Positions 30,589 through 44,003 of a DNA stretch of 64,000 nt are shown piece by piece. Below the pieces are notes generated by a model. The model did not search any database and was not told the origin of the DNA. It saw only the letters and a program-made list of their open reading frames with translations. Position 1 is the first letter of the stretch; each line of letters begins with the position of its first letter. The DNA lies in NCBI GenBank assembly GCA_963847445.1, contig CAWJZV010000002.1, positions 1 to 64,000 of the forward strand, in the 5' to 3' direction. Source of the DNA: an uncultured delta proteobacterium. GTDB taxonomy: Bacteria; Desulfobacterota; Binatia; UBA9968. The translations under genes were made by a program, and so were the position numbers.

Positions 30589-31983
30589 TTAGCTAGTGTC
30601 CCAGATCGGAAACCACAGCGGATCCACCAGGATATAGTCGCGATTGCGAATGGAGTCCAGTGCCCGGCGCATCTGCCGCAGCTTCGCGCGTTCGAGGGTC
30701 ATCACGAAGGGCAAAATTTCTCCCGGCTTTTGTTTGAGCCGGTAACTCTGCATCAGACTGCGCAGCTCTTCTTCGACATGGCGCAGCTGCCAGATCTCGG
30801 AAATATTCACGCCCATGCGGCCAAAGGTTTTGCCGATATCGCCGACGATGCCGGCGCGGTCTTTGACCACGAAGCGGACATAAAACGGCACATCGATCTC
30901 CTCTTCCCGTTGCAACTTCAGGGTTCCGGGCGGGATCAAACTCGGCGCGCCGCTAAACTGGCGCGTACCGCGGGCCAACTCGCAGACATCACCCAACACC
31001 GCCACGGCAGTGGGCCCGCCGCCGGCGCCCGGACCGACGAGAACATAGTCGCAGTCCCGCGCGCCGCGTCCGCCGCCGCTGCTCTTACCGGCGAAGCACA
31101 CCGCGTTGGTCGCGCCATCGACGCCGGCGAGAAAGCTCTCGCGCGCGACTAACGCCGGCGCGACGAACACTTGCACAGCCGAACCACGCCGGCGCGCCAC
31201 GGCCAATTGTTTGATCGTGCTGGCGCCGATGCGCTCGGCATAGCGAAAATCCACCGCTTGGATTTCTTCAATCCCCTTGCGCCAAATCTTTCCCGGTTCG
31301 ATCTGCAAGCCGAAGGCGACCATGGTGAGCAACAGCAACTTGGCTTCGGCGTCGCTGCCATTGACGTCGGAGGCCGGATTGGTTTCGGCGTAGCCTTTTT
31401 GCTGCGCTTCACGCAACGCTTCGGCGTAGGGTTTGCCGCTCTTTTCCATCTGCGAGAGAATATAATTACAAGTGCCGTTGACGATGCCGAAGACCGCTTC
31501 GGGCTGCTCGACGGCGAAACTTTCGCTGAGAGAGCGGACCACAGGTATACCGCCGCCGACGCAGGCTTCGAAGCGCAACTGTTGCCCGGAACTTCTGGCC
31601 GCCGCCCAAATCTCTTTGCCGTAACGGGCCAGGACAGCTTTGTCGGAAGTCACCACCGACTTACCGTTACGGAAGGCGCGCAGAATATAGTCGCGAAACT
31701 GCGGCAGTTGCGCCGCCGATTGAAAGCCCAGAGCTTCGATGACGATATCGACGCCCGGATGATCGAGCACTTCTTCCGGCCGGCTGGTGAACAGCGCTTG
31801 GCGCTTGCCGAACCATTTTTTGCGATGGGGATTACGCGTGTAAATCTTGCGGATCTCAAGCTCGACGTCGTTCCCGACTTGGCCCTTGAGATCGTGGAAA
31901 AGGATGTCCTGAATCGCCTCGCCGACCACCCCAGAGCCGAGCAGTCCGACACCGACTTTGCGCCGAGTATTCGCTGTTGCCAT
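30589..31983 (-). CDS. hom: Homoserine dehydrogenase with C-terminal ACT domain
   Basis: GLLGSGVVG, FEACVGGGIP, GIVNGTCNYIL, GYAE, GPGAGGGPTA, YVRFVVKDRAG. Confidence 0.92.
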   Translation of the reverse strand: MATANTRRKVGVGLLGSGVVGEAIQDILFHDLKGQVGNDVELEIRKIYTRNPHRKKWFGKRQALFTSRPEEVLDHPGVDIVIEALGFQSAAQLPQFRDYILRAFRNGKSVVTSDKAVLARYGKEIWAAARSSGQQLRFEACVGGGIPVVRSLSESFAVEQPEAVFGIVNGTCNYILSQMEKSGKPYAEALREAQQKGYAETNPASDVNGSDAEAKLLLLTMVAFGLQIEPGKIWRKGIEEIQAVDFRYAERIGASTIKQLAVARRRGSAVQVFVAPALVARESFLAGVDGATNAVCFAGKSSGGGRGARDCDYVLVGPGAGGGPTAVAVLGDVCELARGTRQFSGAPSLIPPGTLKLQREEEIDVPFYVRFVVKDRAGIVGDIGKTFGRMGVNISEIWQLRHVEEELRSLMQSYRLKQKPGEILPFVMTLERAKLRQMRRALDSIRNRDYILVDPLWFPIWDTS

Positions 31984-32026
31984 TGGCTTGCGTGTGGATT
32001 ATGTGCCGAATTAAATATTTGTTTTT

Positions 32027-32099
32027 ACCACGAAGGCACGAAGAGCACGAAGTTCGGACTAAATCTCCGCATCCTTCGTGTCCTTCGTGCCTTCGTGGT
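32027..32099. repeat. Hairpin of 9-mer CACGAAG units
   Basis: ACCACGAAGGCACGAAGAGCACGAAG...CTTCGTGTCCTTCGTGCCTTCGTGGT; relatives at 27456-27694 and 58900-58950. Confidence 0.8.
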
Positions 32100-32141
32100 G
32101 AAAGGATCTTCGCATCATATCGAGAAAATCGCCGTGGCAGG

Positions 32142-33320
32142 CTAATCGAGCAGTTTGCCAAGCGCCTTCTTGATCTTGCGCACGGCCTGCTTGGTCCGAT
32201 GCTCGTTCTCGATCAACGCGAAGCGCACATGCTCGTCGCCATACTGGCCGAAGCCAATACCCGGCGACACCGCCACCTGGGCTTCCTGGAGCAGGTATTT
32301 AGCGAACTCCACCGAGCCCATTTTTTTCGCCGGCTCGGGAATCTCGGCCCAGACGAACATGGTGCCCTTGGGCCGGGGAATATGCCAGCCGGCGCGGTCG
32401 AGGCCGTCGAGCAGCGAGTCGCGGCGCTTTCGATACATTGAACAAATCTCTTCGACGCAATCCTGCGGTCCGTCGAGGGCTTGAATTGCCGCGATCTGAA
32501 TCGGCTGAAAGATACCGTAGTCGAGATAACTCTTGATCCGCGCCAGCGCGTGGACGATCTCCTTGTTGCCGACACAGAAGCCGACGCGCCAGCCCGGCAT
32601 GTTGTAGCTCTTCGATAATGAGAAGAACTCGACGCCGACATCCTTGGCACCAGCCGCCTGGAGAAAACTCGGCGCCTGGTAGCCATCGAACGTAAGATCG
32701 GCATAGGCCAGATCGTGGACGACGATAAAGCCATGCTCCTTGGCCGCTTTGACCACCTTCTCAAAAAAGTCGAGCTCCACCACCTGCGTCGTCGGGTTAT
32801 GCGGAAAGCTGATGATCAGCATCTTCGGCTTGGGCCAGGTCTGGCGGATCGCCTCTTCGAGATGGCCGAAGAATTCTTCGCTGGTGGTCAGCGGGATACA
32901 GCGCAGATCGCCGCCGGCGAGCACGACGGAATACTGGTGAATCGGATAGGTCGGACTCGGACAGAGCACCACATCGCCAGGATCGATGGTCGCCCAGGCG
33001 AGATGGGACAACCCTTCTTTAGCGCCGATGGTAACGATCGCCTCGCTGTCCGGATCGATGGTCACGCCGTAGCGCCGGCTGTACCACTTGGCGATGGCAA
33101 CGCGGAGTTTATAAATGCCGCGGGAGACCGAATAGCGGTGATTGGCGGGCTTCGATGCGGCTTCGATGAGTTTGGCCACGACGTGCGGCGGAGTCGGCAG
33201 ATCCGGGTTGCCCATGCCGAAGTCGACGATATCTTCGCCTCGATGCCGCGCCTCCATCTTCATGCCATCGATGATGCTGAAGACATAGGGCGGCAGCCGC
33301 TTAATCCGCTGAAATTCCAC
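32142..33320 (-). CDS. alaC: PLP-dependent aminotransferase, AlaC type
   Basis: [50 protein letters not shown]. Confidence 0.9.
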   Translation of the reverse strand: MEFQRIKRLPPYVFSIIDGMKMEARHRGEDIVDFGMGNPDLPTPPHVVAKLIEAASKPANHRYSVSRGIYKLRVAIAKWYSRRYGVTIDPDSEAIVTIGAKEGLSHLAWATIDPGDVVLCPSPTYPIHQYSVVLAGGDLRCIPLTTSEEFFGHLEEAIRQTWPKPKMLIISFPHNPTTQVVELDFFEKVVKAAKEHGFIVVHDLAYADLTFDGYQAPSFLQAAGAKDVGVEFFSLSKSYNMPGWRVGFCVGNKEIVHALARIKSYLDYGIFQPIQIAAIQALDGPQDCVEEICSMYRKRRDSLLDGLDRAGWHIPRPKGTMFVWAEIPEPAKKMGSVEFAKYLLQEAQVAVSPGIGFGQYGDEHVRFALIENEHRTKQAVRKIKKALGKLLD

Positions 33321-33428
33321 GCGCCGTCACCTCTCTTTGGTCTAGAAAATTTAAGATTTTTCTATTTATAAGGCATCGCTGCCGCTAGGTGCAAATGAGT
33401 AACTCCTCGCGCGGCAATTCACACAACA

Positions 33429-35643
33429 TTACCCCACCGCCCCCAACTGCAATCGCTTGCCCCAGCGATGTTTGAGAACTTCCCGCATGCCGGCGGACTC
33501 TTTGCTTTTGAGCTGCGGATCTTTTTCCAACCAAGCTAGGGCTTCTTGACGCGCGGCGGTGAGCAACTGCGTGTCGCGCGTCAGATTGGCTAAACGAAAA
33601 TCGGCCAAACCCGACTGCCGCGTGCCGAGGAGTTCGCCGGGACCGCGCAGTTTCAAGTCGGCTTCGGCGATTTTGAAGCCATCTTTTTCTTTTACCATGA
33701 CCTGCAATCGTTCGGCGGCGACCGCGCTACCGGTGCCACGGTTGACGAGCAAGCAATAGCCCGGCGCCTGGCCGCGCCCGACCCGTCCGCGTAGTTGGTG
33801 GAGCTGCGACAAGCCGAAGCGCTCGGCGTGCTCGATGACCATGACCGTGGCGTTGGCAATGTCGATGCCGACCTCGATGACGGTGGTCGCGACGAGAATC
33901 CCCAACTTGCCGTCGCGAAAGGCGCGCATGGTTTGGTCGCGCTCGTCCGCTTTCATGCGGCCATGCACCAGGCCGATGCCGAAGTCTTTGAATAATGTTT
34001 GGCGCATTTTTTCCGCCATCTGGGTGGCGTCCTTGACTTGTTGCAGCTGTTCGGAGGGTTCGACCAGCGGCAGGACGACAAAGGCTTGATGGCCTTTTTT
34101 CAATTGGTCGAGAACCATCGTGTAAACCTGCTTGCGCTCCCGTTCGTTGAACACTTTGGTTTGCACCGGCGTGCGCCCCGGCGGCATGGCATCGACGAAG
34201 GAAACCTCCATGTCGCCGTACAGCACCAGCGCCAGACTGCGCGGGATCGGCGTCGCGCTCAACAACAGCATATGCGGCTCATGACTGGTCGAAGACAGGG
34301 ACTCCTTGCCGGCCACCAGCTGGCGCAGCGACAAGCGCTGCGCCACGCCGAAGCGGTGCTGTTCGTCGATGACGCCCAGCCCCATGCGCGGCGCATGGAT
34401 ATCTTCTTGAATCACCGCGTGGGTGCCGACGAGAAATTGCACTTCGCCGCGCTCGATGCGCGGCAGCAATTCCTTGCGCTCTTTTGCCGTCGTCGCCGCG
34501 GTGAGCAGCGCCGCCGTAACTCCCAAAGTCTTGGCGTAGCCCGACAAACCACGAAAGTGCTGCTCGGCGAGAATTTCCGTGGGCGCCATCCAGAGCGCTT
34601 GATAGCCTTGCTCGATGGTCCGCAGCGACGCCAACCACGCCACCATGGTCTTGCCCGAACCGACATCGCCTTGAACCAAGCGTTGCATCGGCTGCGTCGC
34701 CCGCCATGTCGGCGGCGATCTCGCCAAATACCCGATCCTGCGCGCCGGTGAGCTTGAACGGCAACAATTCGCGCATGCGCTGAACCAGTTTGCCGTCGGT
34801 CAAATTAACCGGCTGGCCGCGGCTCTGTGTGCGCGAGCGCTTACGCAACCCCAACCCCAGTTGCAGATAAAATAGCTCGTCGAAGATCACGCTGCGGTGC
34901 GCCGGCGAGCTGGCGTCGTTCAAGGCGGCCACGCTGGTTTCCAGCGACGGCTGGTGCAATTGGCTGAGCGCTTCCGGGATCGCGCTTAGCTGCATGCGGC
35001 TCGCTACGCTGCTCGGTAATCCTGGCAGCAAATAATGTTTGTATTGATCGAGCGCTTGCGCCGCCAGCTTGCGCATGAACGACATCGGCATGCCGCCCGG
35101 CCGCAAGTACACCGGCAAAATGCGCGCATGGTCGCTCTCTTCACCAGGCTCCAAAACTTCAAAGTCGGGATGGACGATACGCAGGCGCGCCTGCGCGCCT
35201 TGCTCGACCTTGCCGTGGACCAAGAGATTCTGCCCTTGGGATAGACCGTTGGCCAAGTAGCTCGGCGCCCGGTACCACATCAAATCGATTGTGCCGGTGT
35301 CGTCGCGCAGCACCGCCGACAGCATCTGACTGCGCCGGCGCGGGTTGAAACGGTTTTGCAGCAGCACCAGCTGGCCGGTAAAGCTCTCCTCTTGGCCCGG
35401 TACCGCTTGGTTGATTTTCTTCAACTGGCGGCGGTCTTCAAAGCGAAACGGCAAGTGATAGAGAATGTCTTCGACGGTGGCGAGCCCGCTGGCTTCGAGT
35501 TGCGCCGCCCGTTTGGGACCGACGCCCTTGAGAGACTGAATCGAGGTCGCGAGAGCACGCAAGCAGTCGCGCACATTGGCGCGGGGCTGTGAACTCGTCG
35601 TGACCAGTTTGGCGGCTTCTGCCACCGGCTTTAAGATCGCCAT
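33429..35643 (-). CDS. recG: ATP-dependent DNA helicase RecG (frameshift near 34700)
   Basis: KGVGPKRA, QGDVGSGKT, DEQHRFG, SATPIPR, QLRGRVGR, DLKLRGPG. Confidence 0.93.
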
Positions 35644-35763
35644 CGATAGCCTATCGAAGCGGAGGGGTGGTTACTCTTGACGACAGGTGCACGCGCAAAC
35701 CGACCGCTAAATTATCCCAGTTCACAAGTACTTCGAGACTACTGACAAAGCGCCGCATTGCCG

Positions 35764-39007
<3,244 letters not shown>

Positions 39008-39012
39008 GGATG

Positions 39013-40182
39013 CTACGAGCCTCGGTGCTGCGCCATCAGGTCGGTAAAGCGTTTGAACAAATAGTTCGCGTCATGGGGGCCGGGCGAGGATTCGGGATGA
39101 TACTGCACGGAAAATATCGGCAGCTCGCGATGCGCCAACCCTTCCACGGTGTTGTCGTTCAAGATTTACGTGGGTCAGTTGCGCGGCGCCGCTCAGCGAA
39201 TCGGCGTCGACGGCGAAGCCATGATTCTGCGCCGTGATTTCGACCTTGCGCGTGGTCAGATCCATCACCGGCTGGTTGCCGCCATGATGGCCGAACTTGA
39301 GTTTGTAGGTCTTGCCGCCCAAGGCCAATCCCAGAATTTGATGCCCCAGGCAGATGCCGAAGATCGGTTTCTTGCCGATCAACTGCCGGACGTTTTCTTT
39401 CGCATAGGGAACCGCGTCGGGATCGCCGGGACCGTTGGAAAGAAAGATTCCATCGGGATTGCAGCGCCAGCACCTCGCTCGCCGGCATCGACGCCGGCAC
39501 CACGCGCACTTGGCAGCCCGACTCGGCCAGATTGCGCAGGATGTTGTATTTGATGCCGATAGTCGTAGGCGACGACGAAATATTTCGGCGCCGTGAAGCT
39601 GCCCTTGCGGCTGCGCTTGGCAGCGCTGCTGCCGTCGCGCCGCTTGTAGCCGCCCACCAGTCGCCACAGGCCTTCATTCCAATCGTAAGGCTCGCGGCAG
39701 GTGACATTTTTAACCAGATCCTGGCCGACCAGTCCCGGCGAAGCTTTGGCTTTGGCGACCAACTCTTCAGCACTCGCCGCGCCTGTCGAGATGATGCCGT
39801 CTTGCGCTCCATGATCGCGCAGGTGGCGCACCAGCGCGCGGGTATCGATGCCGTAGATGCCGACGATTCCATGGGCGCTGCATATATTCATGCAGCGGCT
39901 GGCTGGCGCGCCAGTTGCTCGGCTCGGCGCTGTAGTCTTTGACGATGAAGCCGCGCATGAACGGCCGGCGCGACTCGACGTCTTCGAGGATTGACCCCGA
40001 CGTTGCCGATCTGCGGATAGGTCATCGCCACCAACTGGCCTTCATAAGACGGGTCGGTCGAGAATCTCTTGGTAGCCGGTCATGCTGGTGTTGAAAACCA
40101 CTTCGCCGACGGCTTCGCCTTCGGCGCCGAAACCTACCCCGGTAAAAACTTTGCCGTCCGCTAATGCTAAAATCGCTTTCAT
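39013..40182 (-). CDS. carA: Carbamoyl-phosphate synthase small subunit (several frameshifts)
   Basis: [44 protein letters not shown]. Confidence 0.93.
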
Positions 40183-40186
40183 GAAA

Positions 40187-42139
40187 TTATCGGCTCGCCG
40201 TCTTGTCCCGGCTGGAGATCGGTGCTGTCTGCGCACTCATCGCGGGATTCATAATCGAATAGATCACCACGCGGTCGCTCGCCTCGCGATCTTCGCCGCG
40301 CAAGCGCACGCGCACGCGGTCTTTTTCTGAGCTCGGAATATTTTTGCCGACGTAATTGGGCTTCACCGGCACTTCGCGGTGGCCGCGGTCGACGAGCACG
40401 GCTAAGCGCACCGACTGCGGCCGGCCCGAGCGAAAGATGATGCTCAACGCGCTTTTCACCGTGCGGCCGGTATAGATCACGTCGTCGACTAGAACCACTT
40501 CGCGATCTTTCAGGCTGGGCGGTCCGAGATCGGGATCGCTGGGGACCATGCGCCGGAGTTCGTCGCCGGAGCCGTAGATTTCGATCTCGCCCAGCTCCGG
40601 TCTGCGTTTGCGCTGCGCTTCGATCGCATTGGCGATGCGTTGGGCCAGGAGCGAGCCGACACTGCGCACGCCAAGAATCAACAACCGGTCGGGGTCGCGG
40701 CAGTCGCGCAAAATCTGCCGGCTCATTTCGCCAAGCGCAGCCTCGATCTCGTCTCGGACATGAGTATCCGCTGCGCGCTGCTCGCTCGTCGGCTCGTAAC
40801 CCAACTCTTCGGCTTCTTTGATCGAGTCGAACAAGGCCAGCTCGCCCTTGTCCCACCAATCGCGCAACGTCTCGCTGAGCGTGGCGTCGAAGGACGAATA
40901 GCGTTTGGCTTTGACATTGCCGACATAGTCGACTTTGAAACGATGATCGCAGTAGTCGCAGCCGAGGATCAGCGCGCCCATAGGGTCGGCGAAATAGATG
41001 CGAAAGCGCCGCTCCGTCGATGCCGGCTCTTTCACCGTGATGCAGTTGGCATTATGGCACTTGGCGCCGATGGGTTCAGGGCTGCGATAGGAACGGTTGG
41101 CCCTATTCGTCGCGGGCTGCTGCGCGCGATTGCTGCGGAATAGAAATTCGAGCAGCGCCATGCGCACCGGCACACCGTAAGCGGCTTGTTTGAAATAGAT
41201 GCCGCGCCGGTCCTTGTCGAGTTCCGGCGACAGTTCATCGACACGCGGCAACGGATGCATCACCACGGTATTCTGAAAACGCTTTTCCTGGAGAAACTCC
41301 GGACCGATGGTCGGATAGTTGCCGTTGGCGGCGCCCTCTTTCATCCGCTCTTTCTGTTTCCGGGTCATGTAAAAAGCGTCGTAGCGCAGGCCGGTCGCCA
41401 TGGTGCTCAGCTGGGATTGGATGACCTTGTCCACTTGCGTATAGAGCGCCAGCTGATGCGGCTGCTTCGGCGTTAAATATAAAGCGTCGGTTTCGGTCAC
41501 GACGGAATTCAAATCTCCCGAAGCCACCGGCGCAAAGCCGTAATCGTACTCCCGCTCCAGCCGCTCGATCACATACTGCGGCAGCTCCATGCCGTTAGCG
41601 GCCAGGGTCACGACGTTAGCGCCGAAGCGCGCCAGCGCATAGACCAAAGAATGGATGGTCCGGCCGTTCTTGAGATCGCCGCACACGACTACCGTCAAGC
41701 CTTTGAGATCGCCCTTCTCCTTGCGCAGCGTATAAAGATCGCACAGCGTCTGGGTCGGATGCTCGTGACCGCCGTCGCCGGCATTGATCACCGGCACATC
41801 GGCATGCTCGGCCATCGCTTGCACCGCGCCGTCCCAATAATGACGCACGACCAACACATCGGCGTAGCTCGACACCACCTTGGCCGTGTCGGCCACGGTC
41901 TCGCCTTTGGCCGTCGAGGAAGCTTTCATGTCCGAGCAGGAGATCACCGAGCCGCCGAGCCGCTGCATGGCCGATTCGAATGACAGCCGGGTGCGCGTGC
42001 TCGGTTCGTAGAACAACGTCGCCATGATCTGCCCGGCGCCGACCCGGTCGGCGCGCAGCTTGTCGGCGCCATCGGCCAGCGCAAAGATCTCTTCGATCTC
42101 ATCGTTGGTCAGGTCGGCAATGGAAATCAGGCCGCGCAT
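40187..42139 (-). CDS. pyrB: Fusion: aspartate carbamoyltransferase catalytic chain + PyrI-like Zn domain + Ada-like module + PyrR-like PRTase domain
   Basis: [18 protein letters not shown]; CHNANC...CDYC; [28 protein letters not shown] in a single 650-aa ORF. Confidence 0.88.
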   Translation of the reverse strand: MRGLISIADLTNDEIEEIFALADGADKLRADRVGAGQIMATLFYEPSTRTRLSFESAMQRLGGSVISCSDMKASSTAKGETVADTAKVVSSYADVLVVRHYWDGAVQAMAEHADVPVINAGDGGHEHPTQTLCDLYTLRKEKGDLKGLTVVVCGDLKNGRTIHSLVYALARFGANVVTLAANGMELPQYVIERLEREYDYGFAPVASGDLNSVVTETDALYLTPKQPHQLALYTQVDKVIQSQLSTMATGLRYDAFYMTRKQKERMKEGAANGNYPTIGPEFLQEKRFQNTVVMHPLPRVDELSPELDKDRRGIYFKQAAYGVPVRMALLEFLFRSNRAQQPATNRANRSYRSPEPIGAKCHNANCITVKEPASTERRFRIYFADPMGALILGCDYCDHRFKVDYVGNVKAKRYSSFDATLSETLRDWWDKGELALFDSIKEAEELGYEPTSEQRAADTHVRDEIEAALGEMSRQILRDCRDPDRLLILGVRSVGSLLAQRIANAIEAQRKRRPELGEIEIYGSGDELRRMVPSDPDLGPPSLKDREVVLVDDVIYTGRTVKSALSIIFRSGRPQSVRLAVLVDRGHREVPVKPNYVGKNIPSSEKDRVRVRLRGEDREASDRVVIYSIMNPAMSAQTAPISSRDKTASR

Positions 42140-42278
42140 GGTGATTTACTTCCAGGGCTACTGGTTAATCGTCGATACCGTCACGCCAAGGTTGGTGCTG
42201 TTGTCTTTTTGAGCACGGACCGACTCCCGCTACACCGCCGGGCGTATCATGATACGCCCCGTACATCGGAAAACCTTT

Positions 42279-42339
42279 TGTGCCCTTTGCGTTCTTTGCG
42301 GCCATTCTTCTTTTTCGGTTGCGCCTGCGCCGCGCTAAG
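42279..42339. repeat. Short repeat unit shared in inverted form with 27401-27440
   Basis: TTTGCGTTCTTTGCGGCC...TTCGGTTGCGCCTGCGCCGCGCTAAG. Confidence 0.55.
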
Positions 42340-42349
42340 GTCAATGCGG

Positions 42350-42912
42350 CTATTCACTCCGGCTTCTCCCCTGCCAATTCGTCAGAATCACTTGATCCGC
42401 GCCGTCGGACTCATCGAGCAACACGTTGACCCGCTGGCCGTCGCCGACTTCAATATTCTTGCCGACAATATCGGCGCGAATCGGCAGCTCGCGGGCGCCG
42501 CGATCGATCAGCGCGGCGACTAGAATTCGCTTCGGCTGCCCCAAACGCTCCACCGCCTCCATCGCCGCGCGAATCGTCCGCCCGCGATAGATCACATCGT
42601 CGACCAACACTACCGTCCGGCCGTCGACCGGCAACTTGCACTTCGAAAGCGCCCACCGCCGGCATCGGCTGCTCCTGCGACTTGTCATCCCGGTAAGGCG
42701 TGACATCGATCACCCCCACCGCGGGACTGGCCTTGGCGATCTCGGCAATCTTACGGGCAATCCGCCGCGCCAGATGCACGCCGCGCGAACGAATGCCGAT
42801 CAAAGCCAACTCGGCGGGACTACCGGCCTTCTCAACGATCTCATGCGCCATCCGGCTGACCATCCGGCCGATGATCGTCGCGTTCGAGTAAGACTTTCTT
42901 CTCTTCAGCCAT
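42350..42912 (-). CDS. pyrR: PyrR pyrimidine attenuation regulator / UPRTase (frameshifted)
   Basis: [52 protein letters not shown]. Confidence 0.9.
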
Positions 42913-42949
42913 AAAAAAAGACCCGCCCGGCATCACCGAGTGGGTCTTT
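42913..42949 (-). terminator. Attenuator terminator of the pyr leader
   Basis: AAAGACCCACTCGG-TGATG-CCGGGCGGGTCTTTTTTT directly before the pyrR ATG. Confidence 0.85.
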
Positions 42950-42985
42950 GAGCGTAGCAATCTTGTAAATTAAGTTCCGTCATTT

Positions 42986-43022
42986 GGCCCTTTGCCGACC
43001 TCACAGGATCGGATTAAAAGGT
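42986..43022 (-). promoter_or_regulatory. PyrR-binding loop (anti-antiterminator)
   Basis: CCTTTTAA-TCCGA-TCCTGTGAGG-TCGG-CAAAGG matches the UUUAA...UCCnGnGAGG PyrR-binding consensus. Confidence 0.88.
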
Positions 43023-43029
43023 ATGAGTT

Positions 43030-43058
43030 TTTCTAACTTGCGTTCGAATGAATGTCAA
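43030..43058 (-). promoter_or_regulatory. Putative sigma70 promoter of the pyr operon
   Basis: TTGACA-17 nt-TAGAAA just upstream of the PyrR loop. Confidence 0.6.
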
Positions 43059-43139
43059 TGAAGTGTGTATAAAATTTCCGACGACCAAGTCGGCCCCGGT
43101 AATTTTCAATTCCCTCCTCGTCGGGATCGACGCTGCAAC

Positions 43140-43361
43140 GTGAAACACCGCCGTGTACGGACAGACGTTGCGCAATTCGCAACTCTCCGACTCCCGGCAA
43201 ATTCCAGGACAGGCGATCCGCCGACACTTGCTGCCAACCCCGCCTCGGATCACGTTGCCCCCGGGGTGAGCCCAGGTCGAACCCTTGTTGTGCGCCCGCA
43301 TGTGCTACGGCGATTCGCGCTCCAGATGGAAACAGAAGTGCTGAAGAGAGATGGAATTCAT
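43140..43361 (-). pseudogene. N-terminal remnant resembling a Cas6-like RAMP protein (DUF2276 type)
   Basis: MNSISLQHFCFHLERESP*HMRAHNKG..NVIRGGVGSKCRRIACPGICRESESCELRNVCPYTAVF; Cys cluster recalled from that family; internal stop. Confidence 0.5.
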
Positions 43362-43430
43362 CACTTTCTTGACCCGGGCGATTGTTCGAAGTAATTACTT
43401 AGTAGCCACAGCGATTCAAATGATAAAGTC

Positions 43431-43484
43431 ATGAAAACCAACGTCGTTCGCATCGGCAACTCTCGCGGCATCCGTATCATCTAA
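43431..43484 (+). pseudogene. AbrB/MazE antitoxin N-terminal remnant
   Basis: MKTNVVRIGNSRGIRII*. Confidence 0.6.
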
Positions 43485-43511
43485 AAGACTTTTGGCAAAA
43501 TAGGTTTCACG

Positions 43512-43950
43512 GGGTCGGACCAGCCTATGTCCTCGCATCTTCGAAGCTTTCATTCCAGAAGACAGTGTTTTCCGGGCTTAGGGGCTCGTTTTCGCCCGCG
43601 GATTTGAAGCCATAGAACTCGGCCCGTGTCTTTAACTAAAAGATGAACGTGGTTGGAACGTCACCAGATAATCGAGCACGCACAGACCAAAGCGTTTCTT
43701 CGCCTCGAAAACCCAGTCTAAGTAACGGCGTCGATCACGCACAAACTTTAATAAAAATTTCCTTTGGTGACAGCGGTGAGTGATATGCCAGATGTGGCCT
43801 GGCAGATAGTGGCGGTTAGCGCGTGGCATCGATTTTCTTAGAGGTCGCTTTTTCGGTTCAAAAAGCCACCTCTAAGCTCTTAAACGATGCCTTTTAAGCC
43901 ATCTTCTGTTGGCAATTCAAGAGCTTTCCCTGCTTGCCCTGGTCCGACCC
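43512..43950 (-). mobile_element. Internally deleted RAYT (Y1 HUH transposase) element with 12-bp terminal inverted repeats
   Basis: GGGTCGGACCAG / CTGGTCCGACCC ends; encloses MPRANRHYLPGHIWHITHRC..NHVHLL fragment (43632..43829). Confidence 0.75.
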
Positions 43951-44003
43951 GGGCTTACGGTCTTTCGATCAACCAATGGTCTGACCATTGGCAGCACTCT
44001 CCG

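Noticed and set aside
29800-32145. Long plus-strand ORFs (450 aa and 324 aa) and similar antisense ORFs elsewhere
   Set aside because: Shadow frames opposite well-supported genes in GC-rich DNA; no recognisable motifs.
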